A stretch of DNA of 64,000 bases from Thermoanaerobaculia bacterium (GCA_035717485.1 DASTIQ010000283.1:2846-66845), one strand, 5' to 3'; shown: positions 21,953 to 32,313, counted from the first letter of the stretch. A program made the numbers and translations. The notes: generated from the letters alone by a model not told the origin.

Positions 21953-22917
21953 TGGCGCTGGCGCGGAGCCAGGGGTGGTCGTACGTGCTGCGCCACGCGG
22001 CGCGCGAGATCCCGGTTTCGGACGGGGACGTCGTCCTGGGGCGCAGCCACAGCGCGGGGGTCCGGGTCGACGAGGAGACGGTCTCTCGCTCTCACGCGCT
22101 CCTGACGCTCCGCGAAGGGCGGGCGGTGATCCGGGATCTCGGCTCTTCGAACGGGCTCTTCGTCGCCGGCCGGCGTGTCGCCGGACAGGCCGCCGTTTCC
22201 GACGGCGACACGATCGGGCTCGGAAGCGCGACGCTGACGTTCACCGTGATCCCGCCTCCCGACGTGGAGGCGAGGACGGCGATGATCGCGACGCTCCCGG
22301 GCGCGGCCCCCCGTCCCACCGAGACCGCCACGCGGTTCTTTCCCGTCGGCGCGGCGGCGGCGGAGGCCGCGCCGGCCGTTCCCGCCGAACGGCCGCGCCG
22401 GCGCCCTCGCTCGCTCGACGACTTCGTCATGCACGAGGAGGGGGACGAGCCGCCCGAGATGGAGGCGCGCATCGAGGCGTTCGAGCCGGCGCCGCTCGGC
22501 GCGAGGATCGCGTCGGCGGCCGCCGACCTCCTGTTGTCGGCGGCGATCGCTTTCGTGTGCTCGGTCCCCGCGCTGATCGCGATCCTCACCCACGGCGCCC
22601 TGCGCGAGCGGGCCGGTTCCGGGCTCGCGTTCTGGGCGCTCGTCGGCTTCTGCGGAGCGGCTGCGGCCGGCGCGATCATCGTGTATTACCTGAGCGGCTG
22701 GTGCGGCCGCGGCGCCACCCTCGGGCAGCGCTCCGCGGGCGTTCGCCTCGTCTCCGTGGACGGCGGGCTCGTCGGGGGCGGGCGCGCGTTTCTCCGCCTC
22801 GCGATCCTGGTTCTCTACCTGGCGACCGCCGGCCTGCTCGCTTTGACGGTCGTGTTCGATCGGGAGCATCGCGGGCTGGCGGACAGAGTTTCGAAGTCGC
22901 GCGTCGTCGCGGCCTGA
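21952..22917 (+). CDS. FHA-domain / RDD-family membrane protein, translationally coupled to uvrA
   Basis: 321 aa. The N-terminal FHA fold is VLGRSHSAGVRVDEETVSRSHALLTLREGRAVIRDLGSSNGLFVAGRRV...TIGLGSATLTF. The C-terminal RDD-type multi-TM domain is ARIASAAADLLLSAAIAF...LSGWCGRGATLGQRSAGVRLVSVDGG. Its ATG overlaps the uvrA TGA (TGATG). Confidence 0.75.
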   Translation: MALARSQGWSYVLRHAAREIPVSDGDVVLGRSHSAGVRVDEETVSRSHALLTLREGRAVIRDLGSSNGLFVAGRRVAGQAAVSDGDTIGLGSATLTFTVIPPPDVEARTAMIATLPGAAPRPTETATRFFPVGAAAAEAAPAVPAERPRRRPRSLDDFVMHEEGDEPPEMEARIEAFEPAPLGARIASAAADLLLSAAIAFVCSVPALIAILTHGALRERAGSGLAFWALVGFCGAAAAGAIIVYYLSGWCGRGATLGQRSAGVRLVSVDGGLVGGGRAFLRLAILVLYLATAGLLALTVVFDREHRGLADRVSKSRVVAA

Positions 22918-23012
22918 AATTCCGACGCGTCGATCGGCGGTCATCCGCGACGGCGGCGCCACGTCCGTTTCAGGATGCGCTCGCCGCCGCCGGGCTCTCC
23001 GCCCGTCGGCGC

Positions 23013-23975
23013 TCAGCCCGCGGCGGCGGTCGCCGGGGCGGTCCCCGTGGCGAGTTCCCGGAAATACTCGATCGTCTTCGCGAGGCCTTCCTCGAGGGGG
23101 ACGCGGGGCGCCCAGCCGAGGACGCGGCGGGCTTTCGCGATGTCCGGCTGCCGGACCTTCGGGTCGTCGGTCGGGAGCGGCTGGAACACGATCGGCGACG
23201 CCGTCCCGGTGAGACGCCGGATCACCTTCGCGAATTCGAGCACGGTCATCTCCGCGGGGTTCCCGATGTTCGTCGGGTCGGGCTCGCCGGACATCAGCAG
23301 ACGGTAGATCCCGTCGATCAGGTCGTCGACGTAGCAGAACGACCGCGTCTGCGACCCGTCGCCGAAGACGGTCATCGGCTCGCCGGCGATCGCCTGTCCG
23401 ATCAGAGCCGGAACGACGCGGCCGTCCTTGGGCCGCATTCGCGGGCCGTACGTGTTGAAGATGCGGACGATCCGGGTGTCGACGCCGTGGCTCCGGCGAT
23501 AGGCCATCGTGAGCGCCTCGGCGAAACGCTTCGCCTCGTCGTAGACGCCGCGGGGCCCGATCGGATTGACGTTGCCCCAGTAGGTCTCCGGCTGGGGGTG
23601 CACGAGCGGGTCGCCGTAGACCTCGGACGTGGAGGCGAGGAGGAACCGCGCCTTCTTTTCCTTCGCGAGACCGAGCGCTTTGTGGGTTCCGAGCGCCCCC
23701 ACCTTCATCGTCTGGATCGGCAGCTCGAGGTAGTCGATCGGGGAGGCGGGGGAGGCGAAGTGCAGGACCGCGTCGAGCTTCCCGTCCACGTAGATGTAGT
23801 TCGTGACGTCGTGATGGATGAACGTGAAGTCCCGGCGTCCGATCAGGTGCGCGATGTTCCGCGTGTTCCCCGTGATGAGGTTGTCCATCGCGGTGACCTC
23901 GTGCCCCTCGCGCAGGAGCCGGTCGCACAGATGGCTGCCGAGGAACCCGGCTCCGCCGGTGACCAGAATCCGCAT
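23013..23975 (-). CDS. uxs: UDP-glucuronate decarboxylase (UDP-xylose synthase)
   Basis: 320 aa starting [21 protein letters not shown], with YDEAKR catalytic YxxxK; extended SDR. The upstream track Met at 24032 lacks support. Confidence 0.85.
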   Translation of the reverse strand: MRILVTGGAGFLGSHLCDRLLREGHEVTAMDNLITGNTRNIAHLIGRRDFTFIHHDVTNYIYVDGKLDAVLHFASPASPIDYLELPIQTMKVGALGTHKALGLAKEKKARFLLASTSEVYGDPLVHPQPETYWGNVNPIGPRGVYDEAKRFAEALTMAYRRSHGVDTRIVRIFNTYGPRMRPKDGRVVPALIGQAIAGEPMTVFGDGSQTRSFCYVDDLIDGIYRLLMSGEPDPTNIGNPAEMTVLEFAKVIRRLTGTASPIVFQPLPTDDPKVRQPDIAKARRVLGWAPRVPLEEGLAKTIEYFRELATGTAPATAAAG

Positions 23976-24140
23976 CCTCCGTCCTTTCAGGCTGTCCCCG
24001 CGGTTTCCGCGGTTCGTCCGGAAGAATAGCAAAAACCCTTCATCGGGAACGGCCGGGCGCGGGTCGCGGCCGGCGGAGGATTCCAGAGCCGGATCCCGGG
24101 ACGCCCTCTTCGAAACCCGGGCTTCCGTCCGCGGCGACTC

Positions 24141-25439
24141 TCAGCCTCTTCCCACTCCCGAATACACCCACCCGAGCTCCCGCACTTCCTCCGGTTCGTA
24201 GACGTTCCGGAGATCGACGAGGACGCGGGCGCGCATCGCCTTCTCGAGCTTTCCGAAGTCGAGCGCGCGGAACTCGTTCCATTCGGTGACGAGGACGAGC
24301 GCGTCGCATCCCGCGGCGCAGTCGTAGGCGTCGCGCCCGTAGACGACGTCCGAGAGAACTTTCTTCGCGTTCTCGACCGCCGCGGGGTCGAACGCCCGGA
24401 CGTGCGCCCCCCGTTCCTGGAGGTCCCGGATGATCCGGAGCGCCGCGGACTCCCGGATGTCGTCGGTCGCCGGCTTGAACGAGATCCCGAGGACGCCGAC
24501 GGTCTTGCCCGCGAGCGGTCCCGCCGCCGCCTCGATCTTCTCGATCATCCGCGCCTTCGTCTTCTCGTTGGCGGTGATCGCGGCCTCGATGATCTCGAAG
24601 CGGGCGCCGAATTTCCGGGCGAGGTCCGCCACCGCATGCGTGTCCTTCGGGAAACAGGAGCCGCCGAAGCCCGGACCGGGATGGAGGAATTTCGGGCCGA
24701 TCCGCTTGTCGAGGCCCATCCCGCGCGCGACCGCGTGGACGTCGGCGCCGACGAGCTCGCACAGGGACGCGATCTCGTTGATGAACGAGATCTTCACCGA
24801 GAGGAATCCGTTGGACGCGTACTTGATCATCTCCGCCGACTCGACGTCGGTGACGATGATGGGCGTCTCGAGGAGATACAGCGGCGAGTAGATCTCCTTC
24901 ATGATCGCGACCGGCCGCTGGTCGCGGGTGCCGATCACGACGCGGTCCGGGCGGAGGAAGTCGGCGACCGCGGAGCCTTCCCGGAGGAACTCCGGGTTGG
25001 ACACGACGGAGAACTCGTGCTCGCCGTTCCTCCCCTTCAGGATCTCTTCGATCATCTTCCCGGTTCCGGTGGGAACCGTGGACTTGGTGACGACGACCTT
25101 GTAGCCGTTGGCATGGTCCGCGATCGATTCGGCGACCTGCCGCACGTACGAGAGATCCGCGGATCCGTCGGGGAGCGGCGGGGTCCCGACCGCGATGAAG
25201 ATCGCGAGCGAGTTCTCGACGGCGCCCTTGAGATCGGTCGAGAACGAGAGCCGGCCGGCCCGTTCGTTCTTCATGACGAGCTCTTCGAGGCCCGGTTCGT
25301 AGATCGGGATCTCGCCGCGCTGGAGCGCCTGGATCTTCGCCTCGTCCACGTCGACGCAGATCACGTTCATCCCGAAATCGGCGAGACAGGTGCCCGTGAC
25401 GAGGCCGACGTAACCGGTGCCGACCATGCAGATGTTCAT
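24141..25439 (-). CDS. ugd: UDP-glucose 6-dehydrogenase
   Basis: 432 aa. [20 protein letters not shown] Rossmann fold; catalytic Cys in GGSCFPKD. Confidence 0.9.
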   Translation of the reverse strand: MNICMVGTGYVGLVTGTCLADFGMNVICVDVDEAKIQALQRGEIPIYEPGLEELVMKNERAGRLSFSTDLKGAVENSLAIFIAVGTPPLPDGSADLSYVRQVAESIADHANGYKVVVTKSTVPTGTGKMIEEILKGRNGEHEFSVVSNPEFLREGSAVADFLRPDRVVIGTRDQRPVAIMKEIYSPLYLLETPIIVTDVESAEMIKYASNGFLSVKISFINEIASLCELVGADVHAVARGMGLDKRIGPKFLHPGPGFGGSCFPKDTHAVADLARKFGARFEIIEAAITANEKTKARMIEKIEAAAGPLAGKTVGVLGISFKPATDDIRESAALRIIRDLQERGAHVRAFDPAAVENAKKVLSDVVYGRDAYDCAAGCDALVLVTEWNEFRALDFGKLEKAMRARVLVDLRNVYEPEEVRELGWVYSGVGRG

Positions 25440-25458
25440 CGTGCTCTCCGCAAGACCT

Positions 25459-26406
25459 TCAGGCGTGCCGTCGGCGCCACGCCACGTAGCGGGCGAGGCC
25501 CTCCGCGATCGGCACCTTCGGGGAAAAGCCCAGGAGTCGGCGCGCCTTGTCGACGTCGGCGTACGTCGCCGGGACGTCGCCCGGCTGGTCGGGCAGACGC
25601 CGGAGGAGCGCCCGGCGTCCGGTCGCGCGCTCCAGCAGCTCGACGAGCTCGGCGAGCGAGATCGGGTGGGCGCCGCCGAGGTTGACGATCTCGAATCCCC
25701 GGCAGCGCTCGATCGCCGCCTCGACGCCGTCCAGGATGTCGTCGATGTAGGTGTAGTCGCGGCGGGAGGAGCCGTCGCCGAAGAACGGGATCTCGCGGCC
25801 CTGTTCGAGCGCTTCCGTGAACTTCGCGATCGCCATCTCGGGGCGCTGCCGCGGCCCGTAGACGGTGAAGAACCTCAGGCAGAACGCGTCGAGCCCCTCG
25901 AGATGGTGGAAGTTGAACGCGAGGAGCTCGCCGCTGCGCTTCGTCGTCGCATAGGGGGAGACCCGGCGCGCGATCGGGTCTTCCTCGGAGAAGGGGAGCT
26001 TCGAGTTCACGCCGTACACCGACGACGAGGACGCGAACACGAATCGGGGCTTTCCGAACCGCGCGGCGGCTTCGAAGAGATGGATGCTCGCGACGCAGTT
26101 GACCTCCTCGTAGAGCACGGGATCCTGGATCGAGGGCCGGACGCCCGCGCGTGCGGCCAGGTGGACGACGGCGTCGAATTCCCCCTCCCGGAAGAGCGAA
26201 AAGACGAGCTCGCGGTCGCGGATGTCGCCCTCGACGAGCCGGTACCCCGGCCGGCCGAGCGCGGGCGCCACGTTGGCCCGCTTCAGCGCGGGGTCGTAGT
26301 AATCGTTGAAATCGTCGATCACGGTCACGCGATCGCCGGAGGCGAGGCGCCGGTCGACGAGCTGCGAGCCGATGAAGCCGGCGCCTCCGGTGACGAGGAT
26401 CTTCAC
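25459..26406 (-). CDS. NAD-dependent nucleotide-sugar epimerase (likely UDP-glucuronate 4-epimerase, given the ugd neighbour)
   Basis: 315 aa. [23 protein letters not shown] (YxxxK); extended SDR. Confidence 0.75.
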   Translation of the reverse strand: MKILVTGGAGFIGSQLVDRRLASGDRVTVIDDFNDYYDPALKRANVAPALGRPGYRLVEGDIRDRELVFSLFREGEFDAVVHLAARAGVRPSIQDPVLYEEVNCVASIHLFEAAARFGKPRFVFASSSSVYGVNSKLPFSEEDPIARRVSPYATTKRSGELLAFNFHHLEGLDAFCLRFFTVYGPRQRPEMAIAKFTEALEQGREIPFFGDGSSRRDYTYIDDILDGVEAAIERCRGFEIVNLGGAHPISLAELVELLERATGRRALLRRLPDQPGDVPATYADVDKARRLLGFSPKVPIAEGLARYVAWRRRHA

Positions 26407-27602
26407 GGGGGCGGCGGCTCGGAAGTGGAGGATCCCGCCTTCGCCTTCGCGGACTCGCGCTCGTATCGCTTCTCGATCCCCTTCTTCTGGCGGTCCCGGA
26501 CCAGCCAGCGAAGGAGCTTCGACTCGTCGACGCCGACGACGATGTCGTTGGCGGCGTCGTAGAGGGCGGGGTCGTTGATGAGCTTTCCGATCGACCCGTC
26601 GCCCTGGTCGAGCTTTTCGGAGATCGAGTCGAGGTGCATCGTGAGGTTCGTCAGGTGCCGCCGGAAGTCCGCGGCGAATGCTTCGTCGTGGAGGAGAACC
26701 GGAAGGAGGCCCTTGCCGCGGTCGAGGTCCGAGGAGGCGCGCGCGAGGGAGACCCCCGCCGCCGAAAGATTGTCGATCAGCCCGTAGACCTTCTTCTTTC
26801 CCTCGGGGTCGGCCATGAGCGCCGGAAGCGCGCCCTTGCCGTTCTGCAGGTCGTCGGCGATCACGCCGAAGGCGCGCGAGGCGGAGCCGATCGCGTTCTG
26901 GAGCGCTTTGCCCGTCTCCCGCCCGTAGCGCTCGTCCGCGAGGAGTTTTCCGGCGAAGGAACGGCCGGAGTTGATCTTCTCGAGCGTCGCCGAGAGCTGG
27001 TGGAGCGTCTGGTTGAGGTTCGTCCCGATGCTCCTGCCCTCGTCCGAGTTGCTCGTGAGCTCGCCGAGGAGGCCCTGGCCCTTCTCGGTCCTTCCCAGGA
27101 TGACCTTGAGCGACCGGGCGATTTCGGTGAGGTCCCCGAGGAGGCCTTCGCCGCCGGCGAGGAGCTTCTCGATCCCCGCTTCCCTCGCCGGGGGGATCTC
27201 CCCGCCCGGCGCGATCTCGGCCGCTTCCGAAGAGCCGCCGATCAGCTCGATGTACTTGTCGCCGAGGAGCCCGATCGTCTTGATCGAAGCGGTGGTGTCG
27301 GTGCGGATGCGCGAGGCCATCCGGCGCTCGATCGATACCGTGACCGTGACGGTGCTGTCTCCGGGTTTTTCGGAGAGCGCGACCTCCGTGACGTTTCCGA
27401 CCGTCACGCCCGAGAGCCGCACCGCATTTCCGGTCGTCAGGCCCGCGGCCGACTGGAAATGGATCCGGTAGTCCACCTTCCGCGTGAAGAGGCTCGCCCG
27501 CTGCCCGACCATGAAGATGCCGATCGCGAACGCGACGAGCGCGACGAAGACGACGAGGCCCACCCGGAACCGCCGGCGGACGATCTCGCCCGGCGCCGTC
27601 AT
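26403..27602 (-). CDS. mlaD: MlaD (MCE-domain) substrate-binding protein of the Mla phospholipid ABC transporter
   Basis: 399 aa. N-terminal TM, MCE domain (FQSAAGLTTGNAVRLSGVTVGNVTEV) and a long helical C-terminus. Overlaps the epimerase start. Confidence 0.8.
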   Translation of the reverse strand: MTAPGEIVRRRFRVGLVVFVALVAFAIGIFMVGQRASLFTRKVDYRIHFQSAAGLTTGNAVRLSGVTVGNVTEVALSEKPGDSTVTVTVSIERRMASRIRTDTTASIKTIGLLGDKYIELIGGSSEAAEIAPGGEIPPAREAGIEKLLAGGEGLLGDLTEIARSLKVILGRTEKGQGLLGELTSNSDEGRSIGTNLNQTLHQLSATLEKINSGRSFAGKLLADERYGRETGKALQNAIGSASRAFGVIADDLQNGKGALPALMADPEGKKKVYGLIDNLSAAGVSLARASSDLDRGKGLLPVLLHDEAFAADFRRHLTNLTMHLDSISEKLDQGDGSIGKLINDPALYDAANDIVVGVDESKLLRWLVRDRQKKGIEKRYERESAKAKAGSSTSEPPPP

Positions 27603-28435
27603 GCGGGCTCTCCCCGGCCGGTCGAACGCGCGGCCGACGCGGCGATCGCGGCGGTCTCGGTGCCCGCCGGAAATCCCTGCGACCGGAAGAAGTCGGAGAG
27701 GATCGGATGCCCGCCCTGCGCGGCCTCGGCGAACGTGCCGACGAATTCGAACGTGCCGCCGTGGAGGAACGCGACGCGGTCCGAGATCACGCGCGCGGAG
27801 ACGATGTCGTGGGTCACGACGACGAACGTCGCCTTGAGGCGCTCGTTGAGATCGTCGATCAGCTCGTTGATCTTCTCGGAATTGATCGGGTCGAGGCCGG
27901 TCGTCGGCTCGTCGAAGAGGATGATCTCGGGGTCGAGCGCGATCGACCGCGCGAGCGCTACGCGCTTGCGCATCCCGCCGGAGAGCTCCGACGGCATCTT
28001 CTTCTGGGTGCCGGGAAGACCGACCATCGCGAGCTTGTCGGCGACCCGGTCCTTGATCTCCTTCGGCGTCATCTCGGTGTGCTCGCGCATCGGGAACGCG
28101 ACGTTGTCGAGGACGTTCATGGAATCGAAGAGCGCGCCTCCCTGGAAGAGCATCGACACGCGCAGGCGAACCTCGACGAGCTCTTCTTCCGAGAGGGGGA
28201 CGATGTCGCGGCCGCAGACGAACACCTGGCCGGAGTCCGGTTTCGTGAGCCCGTTGATGTGGCGCAGGAGCACGCTCTTCCCCGTTCCGGACGGACCGAG
28301 GATGACCATGGTCTCTCCGCTCAGGACGGTCAGCGAAGCGCCGGCGAGGACCGCCCGGCCCTCGTAGGTCTTCCGCACCGAGACGAGGTCCACGGCGGAT
28401 CCGGGCGCGGGATGCGGAGCGGCGTCGTTCGTCAC
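27599..28435 (-). CDS. mlaF: Mla ABC transporter ATP-binding protein
   Basis: About 278 aa. Walker A GPSGTGKS, signature LSGGMRKRVALAR, Walker [12 protein letters not shown]. The GTG start overlaps the mlaE stop (GTGA). Track ORF 27599..29389 extends upstream as shadow through mlaE. Confidence 0.8.
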   Translation of the reverse strand: MTNDAAPHPAPGSAVDLVSVRKTYEGRAVLAGASLTVLSGETMVILGPSGTGKSVLLRHINGLTKPDSGQVFVCGRDIVPLSEEELVEVRLRVSMLFQGGALFDSMNVLDNVAFPMREHTEMTPKEIKDRVADKLAMVGLPGTQKKMPSELSGGMRKRVALARSIALDPEIILFDEPTTGLDPINSEKINELIDDLNERLKATFVVVTHDIVSARVISDRVAFLHGGTFEFVGTFAEAAQGGHPILSDFFRSQGFPAGTETAAIAASAARSTGRGEPA

Positions 28436-29253
28436 AGCGCGAGGAACAGCTTCGTCAGGAAGAAGTCGGAGACGAGGATCGAGATCGAAGCCGCGACCAC
28501 GGTGCGCGTCGTCGAGGTCCCGACCGACGCCGCGCCGCCGCGCACGTTCAGGCCGTTGTAGCACCCGATCAGGGCGATCTCCGTCGCGAAGAAGAAGGAC
28601 TTCCCGAGGCCGCTCGCGATGTCGGAGATCCGGAGCTGGTTCCAGATGCTGTTGAAGTAGAAGGACGCGGTGATCGAGAGCTCGGTCACGGCGATCAGGA
28701 GCCCGCCCAGGATCCCGAGGAGGTCGGCGAGCGCCGTGAGGATCGGCAGCATGAAGAAGACGGCGATCAGCCGCGGCGTGACGAGGCGCTTGATCGGGTT
28801 GACGGCCATCGCGCGGAGCGCGTCGACCTGTTCCGTGACGGTCATCGAGCCGATCTCGGCCGTGATGCCGGCGCCGACGCGTCCCCCGACCATCAGGGCG
28901 GTCAGGACCGGCCCGAGCTCCCGCACGAGCGAGAGGGAGACGACCCGGCCGATGAAGAGCTTTCCGCCGAAGGCGGCGAGCGAATAGGCGGTCTGCAGCG
29001 CGAGCACCATTCCGGTGAAGAGCGCCGTGACGTTCGTGATGCCGAGCGACTTCACGCCGCTCTCGTCCATCTGGTGCACGATCTCCTGAGCGTAGAACGG
29101 CTTGCGGAACGCCCCGGCGACGGCCTGGAAGGTCATCTCCGCGATCCCGCCGAGATAGTCGAGCGCCCCCGACCCGCGCCGCCCGAACGCGTCGACGAAC
29201 CGCAGCCACCGGAGGTTGCGATAGAAAACGGTGGTTTCGCTCGGCGCCGTCAT
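28432..29253 (-). CDS. mlaE: Mla ABC transporter permease
   Basis: 273 aa MlaE/YrbE-family permease, multi-TM. Confidence 0.8.
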   Translation of the reverse strand: MTAPSETTVFYRNLRWLRFVDAFGRRGSGALDYLGGIAEMTFQAVAGAFRKPFYAQEIVHQMDESGVKSLGITNVTALFTGMVLALQTAYSLAAFGGKLFIGRVVSLSLVRELGPVLTALMVGGRVGAGITAEIGSMTVTEQVDALRAMAVNPIKRLVTPRLIAVFFMLPILTALADLLGILGGLLIAVTELSITASFYFNSIWNQLRISDIASGLGKSFFFATEIALIGCYNGLNVRGGAASVGTSTTRTVVAASISILVSDFFLTKLFLAL

Positions 29254-29276
29254 CGGCAGGCGATCGTATCAAATGC

Positions 29277-30038
29277 ATGCGCCGCGCTAAGATCCGGCGC
29301 GTGCGGTTCCTCCGCTCGCTCGGGGCCTGGATCGTGATCGTCGTCGCGACGCTGGCCTTCGGGATTCCTTCGATCTTCGCCGCGTTCATTCCTCCCCGAG
29401 GCGACTGGTTCCTTCCGTTCGCCCGGGGGTGGGCGAGAACCGTCCTGAAGGCGACGGGCGTTTCCTGGCGAACGGAGGGCGCCGACCGGGCGGAACCCCT
29501 CCCGGGGTGTCTCTATTTCGCCAATCACGAGTCGCTCTTCGACATCTTCGTGCTGCTCGCGGCGCTTCCCGGCCGCCTCCGCTTCCTCGCGAAGAAGAGC
29601 CTTTTCTCGATTCCGGTGCTCGGCTGGTCGATGGCGGCCGCGGGGTTCGTGGCGATCGATCGCGAGGACCGCCGCCGCGCGGCGGAGTCGCTCGACGTCG
29701 CCGCGCGCCGGATCCGCGCCGGCATGCGCGTCATCGTCTTTCCCGAACAGACGCGCACCCGCACCGGGGAGCTGCTCCCGTTCAAGAAGGGGGGCGTACT
29801 CCTGGCGCTCAAGACCGGCGCGCCGATCGTTCCGGTCGGAATCGGCGGGACCTTCGCGATCCAGCAGCGCGGCGGCTTCCGGCTCGCGCCCGGCCCGGTC
29901 GCGGTCGTGATCGGGGAGCCGATCGCCGTCGACGGGAGGCCTCTCTCCGACCGGAACGCGCTGCTCGAGGAATGCCGCGGCGCGATCGAAACCCTGAGGC
30001 AGCGCGCCCGGGCTCTCGCCGGCGCGCCATCGGCCTAG
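29277..30038 (+). CDS. plsC: 1-acyl-sn-glycerol-3-phosphate acyltransferase
   Basis: 253 aa. NHESLFD (HxxxxD) and FPEQTRTRTGELLPFKKG motifs. Divergent from mlaE with only a short spacer; the true start may be the GTG at about 29301. Confidence 0.8.
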   Translation: MRRAKIRRVRFLRSLGAWIVIVVATLAFGIPSIFAAFIPPRGDWFLPFARGWARTVLKATGVSWRTEGADRAEPLPGCLYFANHESLFDIFVLLAALPGRLRFLAKKSLFSIPVLGWSMAAAGFVAIDREDRRRAAESLDVAARRIRAGMRVIVFPEQTRTRTGELLPFKKGGVLLALKTGAPIVPVGIGGTFAIQQRGGFRLAPGPVAVVIGEPIAVDGRPLSDRNALLEECRGAIETLRQRARALAGAPSA

Positions 30039-30089
30039 TCTCGCGTTCTCCGAAAGCCGCTATCATCGAGTTTTCGCGAGGAGGCCGCG

Positions 30090-31160
30090 TTGACGTCCGC
30101 CGAGGTCGATGAGAAGCAGGTCCTGGAGGCTCTCCGGACCGTGAAGTTCCCCGGGCTCTCCCGGGACATCGTGTCGTTCGGATTCGTGAAGGATCTCGCG
30201 GTCGGGGGCGGGAACGTCTCGCTCCGCCTCGAGATCACGACCGAGTCCCCCCGCGTCGCCGAGGAGATCAAGCGCGACGCGACCGAGAAGCTCCGGTCGC
30301 TCCCGGGCGTCCAGGCGGTGACGATCGCGCTCGACGCGCGCGCCCCCGGGATGGCCGCCCCGGCGGGGGCGCGGCCGGCGCCGATCCCGTCCGGCGAGCT
30401 CCTGAAGGACGTCCGCTTCAAGGTCGCGGTCGCGTCCGGAAAGGGAGGCGTGGGGAAGTCGACGGTCACCGCGAACCTCGCGCTCGCGCTCACCCGGCTC
30501 GGCTATCGCGTCGGTCTCATGGATTCCGACATCTACGGGCCGTCGCAGCAGATGATGATGGGGATCACCCAGAAGCCGTACGTCAACGAGGAGGACAAGA
30601 TCGTCCCGATCGAGAGCCACGGGGTGAAGGTGATCTCCCTCGGGTTCCTGATGGACGTCGATCAGCCCGTGATCTGGCGCGGCCCCATGGTGATGAAGGC
30701 CGTCGAGCAGTTCCTGCAGGACGTGGCATGGGGAAAGCTCGACTTCCTGCTCGTCGACCTCCCGCCGGGAACCGGAGACGCGCAGCTGACGCTGACGCAG
30801 AAGATCCAGCTCTCGGGCGCCGTGATCGTGACGACGCCGCAGGAGGTGTCGCTGATCGACGCGCGGAAGGGTCTCGCGATGTTCGAGAAGGTCAACGTCC
30901 CGCTCCTCGGGATCGTCGAGAACATGAGCTACTACGAGTGTCCCTCCTGCGGACACCGCGACGAGATCTTCAAGCACGGGGGGGGCAGACGGACCGCGGA
31001 GAAGCTCGGCGTTCCCTTCCTCGGCGAGATCCCGATCGACCCCAAGATCGTCGCCGGGGGAGACGCGGGCACGCCGATCGTCGTCGCGGAGCCGAAGTCC
31101 CGCGCGACCGAGGCGTACATGGCCCTGGCGGACAACATCGCGCGAACCCTGGCGGGGTGA
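30090..31160 (+). CDS. apbC: Mrp/ApbC/NBP35-family Fe-S cluster carrier ATPase
   Basis: 356 aa. TTG start with a GAGGAGG ribosome-binding site. N-terminal DUF59-like domain, P-loop VASGKGGVGKST, CPSCGHRDEIF. Confidence 0.85.
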   Translation: MTSAEVDEKQVLEALRTVKFPGLSRDIVSFGFVKDLAVGGGNVSLRLEITTESPRVAEEIKRDATEKLRSLPGVQAVTIALDARAPGMAAPAGARPAPIPSGELLKDVRFKVAVASGKGGVGKSTVTANLALALTRLGYRVGLMDSDIYGPSQQMMMGITQKPYVNEEDKIVPIESHGVKVISLGFLMDVDQPVIWRGPMVMKAVEQFLQDVAWGKLDFLLVDLPPGTGDAQLTLTQKIQLSGAVIVTTPQEVSLIDARKGLAMFEKVNVPLLGIVENMSYYECPSCGHRDEIFKHGGGRRTAEKLGVPFLGEIPIDPKIVAGGDAGTPIVVAEPKSRATEAYMALADNIARTLAG

Positions 31161-31241
31161 GGCGGCGATCCGCACGGATTCCCCGGGGAAGGACGGGCGC
31201 GGGCGGCCGCGGGAGAGTTCGGCCCGGTTTAGACTGGATCG

Positions 31242-31715
31242 ATGGTCGACGCCGGCGATCTCCAGCAGCGCCTCCTCCTGAGACTCGCCGGAGGAATTTC
31301 CCCGGAAGACCTCTCCGCGTGGGCTCGGGGCGTGATCGCGTTCGACGCGGCGGAGGGACCGGCCCTCTTCGCCGGCGACGACGAGATCCTGCGGGACGTC
31401 CTGAAGCGTTGCGCCATCGCCGCGGAGGAGGGATTCGAGATGGGGGGCGAGGAGATCCGGCGCCTCTTGCGGAGGGTCGCGTATTCGGCGCCCGGTCTCG
31501 AGCCGCGGGGGCGCCGCGAGGGGCCGTTTCTCGTGGCGATGCGGGCGCGGATGGTCCCCGCTCGCGCGTACCCTCTCGTGGGCAACTGCGCCCGCTGCGG
31601 CGCGGCGGTCCGCGTTTCGGAAAAGAGCCTTTCGAAAGCGCTCCGATCCCGGGGAGTCCTCGCGTGCGTCTGGTGCGCTCGATCGCTTCCGGGAACCGTC
31701 GTCGAAGCGATCTGA
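31242..31715 (+). CDS. hypothetical protein with a C-terminal CxxC-x22-CxxC zinc-ribbon
   Basis: 157 aa. High GC3 supports coding; no obvious ribosome-binding site. ...GNCARCG...ACVWCARS. Confidence 0.45.
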   Translation: MVDAGDLQQRLLLRLAGGISPEDLSAWARGVIAFDAAEGPALFAGDDEILRDVLKRCAIAAEEGFEMGGEEIRRLLRRVAYSAPGLEPRGRREGPFLVAMRARMVPARAYPLVGNCARCGAAVRVSEKSLSKALRSRGVLACVWCARSLPGTVVEAI

Positions 31716-31794
31716 GCCCGGCCGTTTCCGCTCGCGCGTTCCGGATCGGTTCTCACCCGTTCCCGTCTGCCGTCGCCCGTCGCGGAATCGCCGA

Positions 31795-32205
31795 TCACGG
31801 GCCCGAAGCGGTCGCGACGTAGACCATCATTGCGGCCGTCAGAGCGACGAGAAGAACGGTCACCCCGGCGACCAGCCAGCGATCGGCCGAAACGACCCCT
31901 CTCTCGATCGCGCGGTTGACGGCGTGGTACCTCCAGGCCGCGAGGACGGCGAGCAGCGCTCCGAAAAGCATCATGCTTTCGCCCATGGGGAGGGAGGTGT
32001 TCCAGCGCGAGGAGACGAAACGCCGGGAGAGCTGCTGGCCGAGCTCGCGGAGCCACAACGAGAAGCGCGCCACGAGAAACCCCAGGCTGATGACGGCGAT
32101 GCTCGTGCGTATCCAGGCGAGGAAGGTCCGTTCGTTGGAGAGGTATTCCACCGCCCTCTTTTCCGGCGGCGGCCCGGGAACTTTCGTGGACGACGGCTCG
32201 GGCAT
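31795..32205 (-). CDS. DUF202 (YidH-like) membrane protein
   Basis: 136 aa. NERTFLAWIRTSIAVISLGF motif plus TM helices. Confidence 0.65.
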   Translation of the reverse strand: MPEPSSTKVPGPPPEKRAVEYLSNERTFLAWIRTSIAVISLGFLVARFSLWLRELGQQLSRRFVSSRWNTSLPMGESMMLFGALLAVLAAWRYHAVNRAIERGVVSADRWLVAGVTVLLVALTAAMMVYVATASGP

Positions 32206-32313
32206 GGCCGGAAAAAATGCAAGCCGGGAGCCATTCCGGCGATCTTCCGGGGTACGGGTCTTGCTCCTTTTCGGGGAAGCCCTCGCTCGGCCGCGCGGGC
32301 GAGGAGGTTATCG

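Noticed and set aside
29254-29300. Only 23 nt between divergent mlaE and plsC starts
   Set aside because: Not considered anomalous enough. It most likely means the plsC start is the downstream GTG at about 29301. Noted in the feature evidence only.
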